The notes below the pieces were generated by a model that made no database searches, was not told the DNA's origin, and saw nothing but the letters and a program-made list of their open reading frames with translations. DNA of 64,000 bases. It comes from Candidatus Obscuribacterales bacterium (GTDB lineage Bacteria; Cyanobacteriota; Vampirovibrionia; Obscuribacterales; Obscuribacteraceae). Made by a program: the position numbers and the translations under genes. Where the stretch lies: contig CBDDIJ010000005.1 of assembly GCA_965228855.1 (NCBI GenBank), positions 288,001 through 352,000 of the forward strand. Reading direction: 5' to 3'. Positions 10,574 to 20,329 of this stretch are shown piece after piece (position 1 is the first letter of the stretch; every line of letters starts with the position of its first letter).

Positions 10574-13500
10574 CTAATCAGCTTTGTCATCGCTCTTGTT
10601 TCCAGTCTTATCATTGCGATAATAATTGTTGGAAACAGGCTTGATTACAGGTTTATCTGATTGCTTCTTATCACCGGATTTGGTGGCATTCTGGTTCTCT
10701 GACTCCGCATCACCCTCGGACTCGGTAGATTCGTCTGCCTTATCATCGCTGTCGTCCTTTGTCATTTTGGCAATTGACGAAGGAATGATCGAGTCGATTT
10801 CAGTCAGGCGCGGGCGCATCCGCTGCATATCAGGCTCCGCCTCCTCCGACATAAACATGTCTGCGAGAGAACCCTGCAGTTTATAAACAATCTGCCACTC
10901 ACCGGATTTCAGGCTGTCCTGCGGATCCTCCTGCTGTTCAACATCCACTGATTCCGCAGCGGTCTTGCCGACGGCTTCGTTCGACTCTGCAAGGTTTTGC
11001 AATTCGACTGCACTATCGCTTTGTCCAGATTCTTCATCAGAGCTTCCAGTCAGTGCCGTCTCTTCCTCCGAGGGCGGAGCACCTGCGTTCTCATCGTCAT
11101 GCGCTTCAACCGACTCTTCATGCAAAGGTTCGGAAGCCGACTTTCTGTTCAAAGAGCCAAATGGTTTTACCGATGAGCTTGGCACTTGCGGCTGGTTTTC
11201 GGAGACGGAAACTGGCGAAACGTCCATCGACACAGTTGCTTTCGATGATTCTGAAGATGCGTATGTCTCCAGAGGATTGTGTAAGTCCATGGTCATCTCC
11301 TGCGAGACTTCTGGAGCCTGGGAAGATGGTATCTGTGCCGCTGTTTCTACCTGAGGATCAAGCGGAACACGTTCAATTCCTCTAGGAATTACAAAACCTT
11401 CCTCGCCAACATGCTGTTTCATCTGCTCTTCTTTAGCGTGCTCGTTGACTGCTTTGAAAGACGATTCGTTCACGGAGATCGTGGAATCGAGCGATTGCAG
11501 AAGGTTAGAAGATAAATTGACGCCCGTTGCAGAGGAGGTTGAAGGTTCGGATGTCGGGGTGTTCGGCACTTGAGCCGGAACGGAGTTCGCCTTGTTGACT
11601 GAATCGCTCTCACCTGCGGCGACATCATCTTCCAGGTTAGCGATCGGGTAAACGCCGCTCTGCATTTGTGATTCTTCTTCCGCAATCGCCTCGAAATTTG
11701 CTTCGGCCGCAGCGCGTCGCGCCAAAATTTCCTCCGGAGGAGGAGCTTGCGGAGGGAGTTCAGGAACCTTGACGCCATTAAAAGCTTCATCCAGCACAGT
11801 TTTGATACCTGACCGATCGGCGTCGTCGGCACCCTCGGCACCTTGTTTTGCAGCTTCGGCAGCTTCGCTGTCAGCAATTGGCGTGCTGAAGTCGAGCAAG
11901 TCATCGATGCTAACCACAGAAGGTTCAGGCTCGGCTTCCGGCTGCATAACTGGTTCACCGACAGGTCTCTCCGCTTTTACTTCGGCGGCAGGGGATCCCT
12001 CGTCCGGAATGAAACCTAAATCGATTTCGCCATCAGCGTCATCTTCGTCATCATAATCGACTTCGCCAAATACATTTTCATCGTCCTCTGTAGGTGTTCG
12101 CTGAGCCTTTTCTTCCATGACGACGCGAGGAATGGGAACCTCGGTGGTTGGTCGAGCGGTTGGATGCTCAGCCGCATATAGCGCGGACCTCGAGTCAATT
12201 GCAAGTTCCTCTGACGTAGTCTCCTCTGATACCGAATCCGGTGCGTTCTCTGTCGTATCACTATCGTCTGATTCTGCAAACATCTCGGTCACGGCTTCGC
12301 GGGAAGTCGTAGCATCAGAGGTGCGCATTTGCAGACCCTGCGTTTCCAACGCTTGGGTTTCAACACCTGAGCTCTCCGCATACGGCACCGGAGACTCACC
12401 ACTAGCGGTATCATCCTCGGAGCCACCAATTGTAAAATCGATGTTCGGTCGGCCCGGCTTCGGCTTCGGCGCTTCTGGTGCGGGAGCGGCGGATTCTTCA
12501 AAGCTTACAACCTTGTCGTCCGTCTCTTCCGCGGGCGCTGGTGCGGCAAGCCTCTCTACTCGAACCTGCCCTTGCATCGGTGCATCGCCTGAAGACAAAA
12601 TACTTTTCAGCGAGACACCAGCCGGACCGCCGTCCTCTATGTTCGGCTGATCGGGCGAATGAATACCTTCCATCAGTCTTCTCAAAGACTTCTTGCCCGG
12701 ATCTTTGGCTTGGTTATCCGTGACACCCTCGATGTCGAGGTTGTTCCGAATAGGCTTGCGAATCTGTTCCTGCTCACGGTCTTCGGCGACATATTCCTCG
12801 ATGGCCTCAGGTTCTGACCAGTCGAGCTGATCCTTCCATTGAGGCACGGCACGCTCAGCACGAAAAACGCGCTTAGCAGCCTCTTCAGTGTTGATGCGAG
12901 CTGCCGCACCGCGGTTCGCACCCGCGCCGCCTTCGTAGGCCGGCACGCCGGCTGTGTCCCGCAAACCGGCAGCGACGATTCGCTCCATTTCGGTTTGGGT
13001 AACATAACCCTCAGCGACAGCGGTGTTTTCAATTGGCGTTTGGCTTTCGCGCCAGAGTTTCATGCACATCTGGTAGTGCCCGACGGTCAGGTTGCCGTTT
13101 TTCAACAGCCTCTGTCCCATCAAAACCTGCTGAAGATCCTCTTCGGAAATGAAGCCCTGCTTGACCAGGAATGCGCCAAAGAGCATCTCCGGCATGGCGC
13201 GGTGCATGTCCGCCGCGATTTCCAGCTTGGTCGGCTCCAGGAGCCCGGCACACTGCATGAGTTCGCCGATTCGAAGTGGCGTACGAGAGGAGATGGAATC
13301 GACCTTATCCTCTGGAGCGCTGTGAATAATCACATCAGGAGCGCCTCTCAGACCGAGGATTCGGAAGTCGAAATCGGTTCTGGTTACCGGGTCGCTTAAA
13401 ATGTCGTGTGCAATCCAGAGATTTTGAAGCTCTTCCAACAAAGGTCGACGTTGTTTTTTCTTCGCCTTTTTCAAGCCCATCAATACTCGTCGAACGAGAA

Positions 13501-14188
13501 ACAGAAACGAGCGATGAATCTCTTCGAAGCTGGCAATCTGCTCGACTTGCAAGATTCCATATGCGTCAAAAGCAGATTTGTCGCCCTCCGCAGTCAGATT
13601 CTCGCCGGGCACGTGACTGACAAAGTCGCCGCTGTCAGCAAGCCCGCTATCATCGCTGTGCGCCTCTTGTTGAACATCTGCCGCCGGCTGAGCTTCAGGC
13701 TCTTGCGCTTCGGACGAAACCGCCTGCGACTGCACTTGCGCTGCTGGATCATCGAGGGGGGAAACCTCAACCGGAGCACTCTCCACTGTTTCATCGGAGC
13801 TTGCATCGTCGCCCCAGACGATGTCGGGCATGACGCGCTTCTTCATCTTCTTCGGCTTCTCATGGAGCCCGGAAGGTTCGATAACAGCATTGACGTCGGT
13901 CACACTCTCGGTGCCGACAGAGGTGTACTTGGGAGGCGCCGCCGGCTCCGGAGCCGGGGCGGGGCGGTTTTCGGTTTGGTCTCCGGTATCGGTTGAAGCG
14001 GCTTTCTCAGCGGCTTGTTGCTGTCTCAGGAGAAGAAAAATTTGTTTGTGAGCCAGACTGACCCCTGATGTATCGCCGCGCGCGTGGCTCTGCTTGAGCG
14101 CGGCAGCCAAAACCTTGCTCTCGAGCTCTAGGCGGTCCTTGGAGCCCATTGAGGCTACGAGGATTGTCTGGAACGCACGTGGACTCAT
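10574..14188 (-). CDS. Large acidic disordered protein with degenerate J-like domain and MshEN-like repeats
   Basis: DAYGILQV...AHDILSDPVTRTDFD (J-like, no HPD); RIGELMQCAGLL and FGAFLVKQGFISEEDLQQVLMGQ (MshEN-like); remainder rich in E/D/S/A/P. Confidence 0.7.
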   Translation of the reverse strand: MSPRAFQTILVASMGSKDRLELESKVLAAALKQSHARGDTSGVSLAHKQIFLLLRQQQAAEKAASTDTGDQTENRPAPAPEPAAPPKYTSVGTESVTDVNAVIEPSGLHEKPKKMKKRVMPDIVWGDDASSDETVESAPVEVSPLDDPAAQVQSQAVSSEAQEPEAQPAADVQQEAHSDDSGLADSGDFVSHVPGENLTAEGDKSAFDAYGILQVEQIASFEEIHRSFLFLVRRVLMGLKKAKKKQRRPLLEELQNLWIAHDILSDPVTRTDFDFRILGLRGAPDVIIHSAPEDKVDSISSRTPLRIGELMQCAGLLEPTKLEIAADMHRAMPEMLFGAFLVKQGFISEEDLQQVLMGQRLLKNGNLTVGHYQMCMKLWRESQTPIENTAVAEGYVTQTEMERIVAAGLRDTAGVPAYEGGAGANRGAAARINTEEAAKRVFRAERAVPQWKDQLDWSEPEAIEEYVAEDREQEQIRKPIRNNLDIEGVTDNQAKDPGKKSLRRLMEGIHSPDQPNIEDGGPAGVSLKSILSSGDAPMQGQVRVERLAAPAPAEETDDKVVSFEESAAPAPEAPKPKPGRPNIDFTIGGSEDDTASGESPVPYAESSGVETQALETQGLQMRTSDATTSREAVTEMFAESDDSDTTENAPDSVSEETTSEELAIDSRSALYAAEHPTARPTTEVPIPRVVMEEKAQRTPTEDDENVFGEVDYDDEDDADGEIDLGFIPDEGSPAAEVKAERPVGEPVMQPEAEPEPSVVSIDDLLDFSTPIADSEAAEAAKQGAEGADDADRSGIKTVLDEAFNGVKVPELPPQAPPPEEILARRAAAEANFEAIAEEESQMQSGVYPIANLEDDVAAGESDSVNKANSVPAQVPNTPTSEPSTSSATGVNLSSNLLQSLDSTISVNESSFKAVNEHAKEEQMKQHVGEEGFVIPRGIERVPLDPQVETAAQIPSSQAPEVSQEMTMDLHNPLETYASSESSKATVSMDVSPVSVSENQPQVPSSSVKPFGSLNRKSASEPLHEESVEAHDDENAGAPPSEEETALTGSSDEESGQSDSAVELQNLAESNEAVGKTAAESVDVEQQEDPQDSLKSGEWQIVYKLQGSLADMFMSEEAEPDMQRMRPRLTEIDSIIPSSIAKMTKDDSDDKADESTESEGDAESENQNATKSGDKKQSDKPVIKPVSNNYYRNDKTGNKSDDKAD

Positions 14189-14348
14189 CTGGTGGATTTC
14201 ATCGGGTTGCTAAGCAGATAAGGTAGTCCTGAACTCCTTATCACCAACTTTATTGACATTTTTGATTAGACATTAACACCTTTTTGAAAAGGAAAATATA
14301 AATAGGCAAAATAGGAGCTGAATCTCGGCGACAAAAGGAAATTGAAAA

Positions 14349-15122
14349 TTGAGCGTTGAAGCGGCATTAGAGCTTTTATCAGAACAGGCGGCAACCTTAT
14401 CCATGAGCTTTTCGGATGAGGAGATAACCGAATTTGAAACCTATCTCAAGGCTTTAGCGGCTTATAACGAGAACGTGAATCTCGTCGCTGACGCATCGCC
14501 GGAACTGGTAGTCAAAAGACACGTGCTGGACTGCCTGGCCGTCGTGGAGGTACTCATCCGGCTCACCGGAGAAACAGAGGGCGGCTCCGTACGCGACCCA
14601 GAAGCCCAGCGCCGCACATTGATTGACGTCGGCAGCGGAGCGGGACTACCGGGGTTGATTATTGCCATTGCGTGCCCTGGACTCGATGTCGTTTTACTAG
14701 ACTCAATCGGCAAGAAGACAAAATTTCTTCAACAGGCGGCGAAGCAAATCGGTCTGGAGAAGCGAGTTTCAGTCATCACCGGACGCGCGGAAGAACTGGC
14801 GAGATCTCCTAAGAGGTCAAGTTTCGACTTCGCCACTTCACGCGCCGTTGGACACCTGGGCTTGGTGTCGGAACTTACGCTACCGCTGTTGAAAAACCGC
14901 GGACGCCTGCTCTGTCAGAAGTCTCGAAAACAGGTCGATCCAGAAGTGAAGGAACTGATGCCAGTTCTCGAGGAACTGGGCGGCAGCAAGCCAGAGATAA
15001 TCGTTCCAAAACTGCAAACAGGCGAGAACGAGCACGTCATCGTTTCAATCGAAAAGCGAAAAGGTACCAGGCAGATATATCCAAGAACCTGGGCTGAAAT
15101 TATCAGGCACTGGAAGGGTTAG
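14349..15122 (+). CDS. rsmG: 16S rRNA m7G527 methyltransferase
   Basis: RHVLDCL, IDVGSGAGLPGL, LDSIGKK, GRAEE, TSRAV motifs. Confidence 0.93.
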   Translation: MSVEAALELLSEQAATLSMSFSDEEITEFETYLKALAAYNENVNLVADASPELVVKRHVLDCLAVVEVLIRLTGETEGGSVRDPEAQRRTLIDVGSGAGLPGLIIAIACPGLDVVLLDSIGKKTKFLQQAAKQIGLEKRVSVITGRAEELARSPKRSSFDFATSRAVGHLGLVSELTLPLLKNRGRLLCQKSRKQVDPEVKELMPVLEELGGSKPEIIVPKLQTGENEHVIVSIEKRKGTRQIYPRTWAEIIRHWKG

Positions 15123-15148
15123 ATTGAAAACGGTTTTGAAAACAACGT

Positions 15149-16093
15149 TTAAACCATCATGTCGGCCATGTCGCTCTCGGCTTCATCAGCGACAAGCCAG
15201 CCTTCAGCCGACGCTTGTTGCCGTGCGCCTTGATTGTCTCCGTTGACGCGCAGCTCTAAAATCCGGCGCTTACTGCCAAAAATGTACTTCGCTCGATTGA
15301 TGAGGGCAGTCACGTCCACGTGTTCGTGAGCAAAAATGATGTTATCGGGATGGCGATACCAGCTATCGCCGACCGGCACGACTATATCAGCGACCATCTC
15401 GCCGACGTCCAGATACTCAGGTTCCAGATTCGCCTTGACAGGCCAGTGAAGCAAATAACGGCGCTGGTCGAAGCCCAGACACTCAATTCGTCCCAGGTAG
15501 TGCATCGACTCTTCTTCTATTTTGAAGCCGGCGTCACTGTAGTTGCGCAACTCCTCGCGCCAGCAGTCCTGCAGAACCTGAGAGACCGTACTGATGTGAT
15601 TCTCCAGCCGCCACATCTGTGAGGTCGGGAGATACGACTTGGACGGTCGGAAATCCCATTCTCGGTCGTTGTACATGAGCTGATACTGGTGAGTGTGCGC
15701 CCAGGAAGTCATAAGCACGCTCGTCCAGATGTTGTTGTCTTGATAGACCTGAGCGTAGCTTTTCTTGAACCATTCCTGCCACTCTTCAAAAGAGTCGTAA
15801 TTCGAAGAGCGCTTGGCTAGACCTTCGCGCCACTCGCGCTCGTCGTGCAGTGGGTCTTCGGCGTGGAAAAATTCTTCCCAGTATGCGGTCACTGCCGCGA
15901 CTTCCAGAACCGACCTGTCAGCGCGACCGATTTTCTCAAGCCACAAACGATTGGCTACATTGAGGATCTCCTCGCAGCGAGAGTAAGGATTCGAATCCTT
16001 CAATTCATCGCTATGTCGCACGTAGTCTACTGATGCTCGGATTAAGAATGCCGGAAGCATGCGCCAACAATCCCTCGGTTTCCGCCTGGTCAA
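15149..16093 (-). CDS. Hypothetical protein
   Basis: 314-aa ORF filling the gap with natural composition; no family recognised; start codon uncertain. Confidence 0.6.
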   Translation of the reverse strand: MTRRKPRDCWRMLPAFLIRASVDYVRHSDELKDSNPYSRCEEILNVANRLWLEKIGRADRSVLEVAAVTAYWEEFFHAEDPLHDEREWREGLAKRSSNYDSFEEWQEWFKKSYAQVYQDNNIWTSVLMTSWAHTHQYQLMYNDREWDFRPSKSYLPTSQMWRLENHISTVSQVLQDCWREELRNYSDAGFKIEEESMHYLGRIECLGFDQRRYLLHWPVKANLEPEYLDVGEMVADIVVPVGDSWYRHPDNIIFAHEHVDVTALINRAKYIFGSKRRILELRVNGDNQGARQQASAEGWLVADEAESDMADMMV

Positions 16094-16191
16094 TCTAACA
16101 CAGCACTATAACAAAAGTTTTGCGCGTGATGTTGGTTGTATGCCCGAAATAGAAAAATAATGCGTTTCTAAACCGGACAAGGTAGTCAATA

Positions 16192-17925
16192 TCAGCCGCC
16201 GGAAACGCCGGTTGGCGTTTTTGACACGCGATTGGTTGATACAATCGCGTCGCGATAGCGTTGAATGCGAGGTCCGAATACCGGATCGGCTTCGAAATCG
16301 CTGAGCCTCATTGCAAGCCGCTCGGTCCAGCACGCTTCACCTGACATTCCCGGCTGGTTGAAACGCTGGGTGGTCGCGAGCAAGTCTGTGATCATAAACA
16401 CAGCCAGCCAGCAGGGACTTTCGAACAGACGCTCGATGAATATCTGATGCAACTCATCGGTGAATTCTTTTGGCGGCTCTTCTTCGTCGTCCATGTCGAG
16501 CAAACGGAGCAGGCGCTGGACTTCTTTCCAGCCTTCTTCGCCGTCCTCGCCGTGCCACCATTCGACAAGACCTTGATAGTACGCCGCGATCGGCTGGTGA
16601 TCGTGTGTCGCATAGGTCGCCAATGACAGCGGATGATGCTCGCCCATCGGTTTGAACTCACGAGTCTCCTCAATCCGTTCAAAAATCGGAATCGCGAAGC
16701 CTGCCATGCCAAGCTCATGCAGAGCCGGTCTCAGGTACTCGGGAACGATGATGCCCAGATCCTCGGCGACGATATTGCAATCACGGGCGGTATCACCAAG
16801 AACTTTCAGGATTCTTGAGCCTTCCTCGCAATTTTGTTCAGCATCCTCTTCTTCCTCATCCGAGCGAGGAAGAAACTGGGGGAGCAAGCCCCCGGTCAGT
16901 TCTTCTGCCTCTTCCTCGGTTAGCTCCAGAAACTCGTGATTCCGCTCAGGAATCCAGGGAAATGCATAGACGCGGAAAAAACCGAGGACATGATCGATGC
17001 GATAGTCGTGGAAGTGATCGAGGTTTCTCAGCACGCGCTGTTTCCACCAGCTGAACTTTTCCTTTGCGTTAGCCTTCCAGTCATAAATCGGAACGCCCCA
17101 GTTTTGCCCCCATTTTTTTGTGAATTCATCACTGGCGAAGACAGGCTCCGGCGGAGCTCCTCCAGCCCACTTCAAGTCGAAGAGACTTTGATGGCTCCAA
17201 ACATCGGCACTGTATCGACTGACACCAAATGGGATATCGCCCATTAAGCGAACGCCCTGCTTTTCCGCGTTCTTTCTGACCTCGCCCCATTGTTGATAAG
17301 CGACCCATTGAACGTATTTGAGGAAGTCTCGCTGTTCTTCCAGGCGAGCCCTCTCCTCGTGTTTCAACAACCACTTCTCTGCACTTTCAAACGTCTGCAG
17401 GTTCTTCTCCCATTGTGTCCAGCACGGGTTTCCGAAGTGCTCGTTCATAATTGTTTTAAACAACGAGTACGGCTCCAGCCACTGCTTATGGTGCGCTTTG
17501 AATTCGTCGAATCCGGACTTGAGCGGATGTTTTTTATCGGCAACGAAGCCATCGTAAGCGAGTTTCAGCAACTTGAGCTTCAGCGCCCGAACCTTGTCAT
17601 AATCAATGCGGTGACTGCTTGCATCGATACCGGAATTCGGAACTTCCGAAGCGAGATGCTCCTCAGTCAGACCGGGCACCATATCCGGCATCAGTGTAAG
17701 CAAGCAGGGTTCAAGCGAAATGGAACTGATTGCGTTGTAAGGGCTGTTGTCACCGCTGGTTTCATTAATCGGCAAGGTTTGCAACACAGCGATTTTGTTT
17801 CTCGCACAAAAATCAACTGCATCTTTCATAGCCAGCGTATCACCAATTCCAAGGTCACCTTCGCGTCGAAGCGCAAATGCGGGAATTAGCACACCAGCTA
17901 GTTTACTCTCAGGATTGATCGGCAT
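16192..17925 (-). CDS. malQ: 4-alpha-glucanotransferase (amylomaltase, GH77)
   Basis: SPY, LMGDIPFGV, GAPP, GQNWGVPIYDW, YRIDHVLGFFR, AEDLG, ATHDH. Confidence 0.93.
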   Translation of the reverse strand: MPINPESKLAGVLIPAFALRREGDLGIGDTLAMKDAVDFCARNKIAVLQTLPINETSGDNSPYNAISSISLEPCLLTLMPDMVPGLTEEHLASEVPNSGIDASSHRIDYDKVRALKLKLLKLAYDGFVADKKHPLKSGFDEFKAHHKQWLEPYSLFKTIMNEHFGNPCWTQWEKNLQTFESAEKWLLKHEERARLEEQRDFLKYVQWVAYQQWGEVRKNAEKQGVRLMGDIPFGVSRYSADVWSHQSLFDLKWAGGAPPEPVFASDEFTKKWGQNWGVPIYDWKANAKEKFSWWKQRVLRNLDHFHDYRIDHVLGFFRVYAFPWIPERNHEFLELTEEEAEELTGGLLPQFLPRSDEEEEDAEQNCEEGSRILKVLGDTARDCNIVAEDLGIIVPEYLRPALHELGMAGFAIPIFERIEETREFKPMGEHHPLSLATYATHDHQPIAAYYQGLVEWWHGEDGEEGWKEVQRLLRLLDMDDEEEPPKEFTDELHQIFIERLFESPCWLAVFMITDLLATTQRFNQPGMSGEACWTERLAMRLSDFEADPVFGPRIQRYRDAIVSTNRVSKTPTGVSGG

Positions 17926-19221
17926 CTATACACCTACTCTCGTAAAAACAGCGTCTATGTTTTTCAAATAATTTTCCGGATTCAAGCAACCCTCGATATC
18001 TTCCTTGGTGATCAATTTCATCACCCGCTCATCCTTCAAAAGATTTTCGTGAAAACTTGCACCGTTGTTGTTGTAGGCTTGATGAGCATTGGCTTGGACG
18101 ATCCGATAAGCTTCCTCGCGCGCCAGACCTTTTTCGACGAGCTTCAACATCACAGCCTGCGAGAAAATCACGCCGCCAAAAACATCCATGTTGCGCCGCA
18201 TGTTTTCCGGATAGACAACAAGATTTTCCATTATTCCAGCGAAACGGTGAAGCATGTAGTCAATTAGAATGGTCGAGTCGGGCAGAATAATCCGCTCAAC
18301 AGAACTGTGACTGATGTCGCGTTCGTGCCATAACGGAATGTTCTCCAGAGCAGCCATAGCATTTCCGCGGAGCAATCGAGCCAATCCGGAAATATTTTCC
18401 GAACCAACGGGATTTCGCTTGTGCGGCATTGCCGAGCTACCTTTCTGGCCTACGGTAAATGGCTCCTCCGCTTCGAGAACATCGGTGCGTTGCAAATGAC
18501 GAATCTCGGTTGCGAACTTATCCAAACTGCTTCCAATTAGAGCAAGCGTGAATACGTACTGAGCATGCCTGTCTCGCTGAATGATCTGCGTAGAGATTGG
18601 CGCAGCGGTGATACCCAGCAGTTTGCAAGCCGCTTCTTCAATCACCGGAGTGATGTTTGAAAACGTTCCAACCGCCCCTGAGAATTTGCCGACAGAAATC
18701 ATATCGATTGCTTGTTGCAACCGTATCTGGTGGCGTCGCACCTCTTCCAGCCAGACAGCCATTTTAAAACCGAATGTAGTGGGCTCGCCGTGAATTCCGT
18801 GAGAACGACCGATTGTGACCGTATGTTTGTGTTTTTGAGCCTGGGAAAGAATGGCGTCGTGCAAACGATTGAGGCCGACTTGAATGAGCTTCGCCGCTTT
18901 GATCATAGTTAGAGCCAGCGCTGTGTCGATGACATCGGAGCTGGTCATACCCTTATGAATGTAACGACCAGCGTCGCCGACATTCTCGTTGACATTCGTG
19001 AGGAACGCGATTACGTCATGCTTCACTTCCAACTCAATTTCTTTAATTCGATCGACATCGAAAGAAGCTTTCGCCTTGATTTCGGCCAGCGCCTCTTTGG
19101 GTATCATGCCGAGTTCAACTTGAGCCTCGACGACTGCTATTTCAACGTCCAGCCAGGCCTGAAAGCGGGCTTCGTCAGTCCAAATTGCGCCCATTTCGGG
19201 CCTCGTGTAACGCTCAATCAC
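17926..19221 (-). CDS. purB: Adenylosuccinate lyase
   Basis: MIERY start, HKGMTSSD, GRSHGIH, GQKGSSAMPHKRNP signature; abuts malQ directly. Confidence 0.97.
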   Translation of the reverse strand: MIERYTRPEMGAIWTDEARFQAWLDVEIAVVEAQVELGMIPKEALAEIKAKASFDVDRIKEIELEVKHDVIAFLTNVNENVGDAGRYIHKGMTSSDVIDTALALTMIKAAKLIQVGLNRLHDAILSQAQKHKHTVTIGRSHGIHGEPTTFGFKMAVWLEEVRRHQIRLQQAIDMISVGKFSGAVGTFSNITPVIEEAACKLLGITAAPISTQIIQRDRHAQYVFTLALIGSSLDKFATEIRHLQRTDVLEAEEPFTVGQKGSSAMPHKRNPVGSENISGLARLLRGNAMAALENIPLWHERDISHSSVERIILPDSTILIDYMLHRFAGIMENLVVYPENMRRNMDVFGGVIFSQAVMLKLVEKGLAREEAYRIVQANAHQAYNNNGASFHENLLKDERVMKLITKEDIEGCLNPENYLKNIDAVFTRVGV

Positions 19222-19411
19222 TCTGAGGTCTCCTGTGCGGAAAAACGCTTATTTTACACCGAGGAGACGGAAAAACCGCCATGCACACAAGCATTACGCA
19301 AACTTCTCTTCAAAGTCGAAGAGCTTATTTCAAACGCGCTAAAATAGGCTCGACCGAAACATATATCGATCGGGCCCTGTAAGTACCATCACGCTGACTA
19401 CGGAAAAAAAA

Positions 19412-20308
19412 ATGAAAGTTTTACTACCTGTTGACATTGCCCATCCTCATGAAGACTTGACGGAGCACGTCAGTTGGATTTTGCCCCTGAAAGATCAAGA
19501 AGTAAAGTTGGTATTCATCAAAGAAGTTCTTCCCTCGTATGAACGACTGGTTGCGTCGATGGGAGACTTTCCCGACGACTGGAGCCATCAAGTCGACAGC
19601 AAAGCTCACACGTATCTAGACCCGCTCAAGCGCAAGCTTGAAACCGTCGGCGCCAAAGTGAGCCTGGAAATCGCATCCGGACCTCCGGAACACATGATTG
19701 CCACAATGGCGCGCGACGGAAATTATGATGTAACGGTGGTTGCGCCCGGTCAAAAACATAACATCGAAAAGTTTTTCATGGGCTCGACATCAAGCTCACT
19801 GGTTAAGCTGGCGCCAGGCACGATTCTGGTATTACGCGATCACAAAGGGCATGAAAAACTTAATCACGTCGTTTTCGGCGTTGATGGCTCGGAAGAATCC
19901 AACCATGCTTTGACTACTGCCGTGAAACTGCTCGATCTCGCCAATCGCCAGGTCAAAATCACGGTACTACATGCGGTGTCAGTACCGCCGATGGTAGCTA
20001 TTTTTTCACCTCCGGAATTCGGTATCGCTCTGGAAAAGAACATGGAGATGGAAGGAGAAGCAACCCTGGCCGCCGCACTGAAACTCCTCGAAGACCTGGG
20101 GATCAAGGGCGCAGAACCACGTCTGGTTCAAGGAGAAGCAGCCTGGGAATTGATCCGCTATGCGGAGCAATCCAACGCCCAGCTGATCGTCGCCGGTGCA
20201 GGAGGGCAAAAATTCGTTGAGCACGCACTCATGGGAAGTGCAGCATCGCGCATTGTCACTCATGCGAAGTGCTCGACTGCAATCGTGAAAATGCCTCACA
20301 AGAAGTAG
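19412..20308 (+). CDS. Tandem universal stress protein
   Basis: Two USP domains: KVLLPVD...FMGSTS and VFGVDGSEES...LMGSAASRIVTHAKCS. Confidence 0.9.
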   Translation: MKVLLPVDIAHPHEDLTEHVSWILPLKDQEVKLVFIKEVLPSYERLVASMGDFPDDWSHQVDSKAHTYLDPLKRKLETVGAKVSLEIASGPPEHMIATMARDGNYDVTVVAPGQKHNIEKFFMGSTSSSLVKLAPGTILVLRDHKGHEKLNHVVFGVDGSEESNHALTTAVKLLDLANRQVKITVLHAVSVPPMVAIFSPPEFGIALEKNMEMEGEATLAAALKLLEDLGIKGAEPRLVQGEAAWELIRYAEQSNAQLIVAGAGGQKFVEHALMGSAASRIVTHAKCSTAIVKMPHKK

Positions 20309-20329
20309 AGAACCTATAGGAAACGCTTA

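Noticed and set aside
15985..16000. GGATTCGAATCC as a tRNA T-loop
   Set aside because: It is a palindrome inside a CDS, with no cloverleaf around it.
19236..19246. Identical 11-mer TGCGGAAAAAC upstream of purB and aroA (31185-31195)
   Set aside because: Low complexity, only two copies and no shared pathway.
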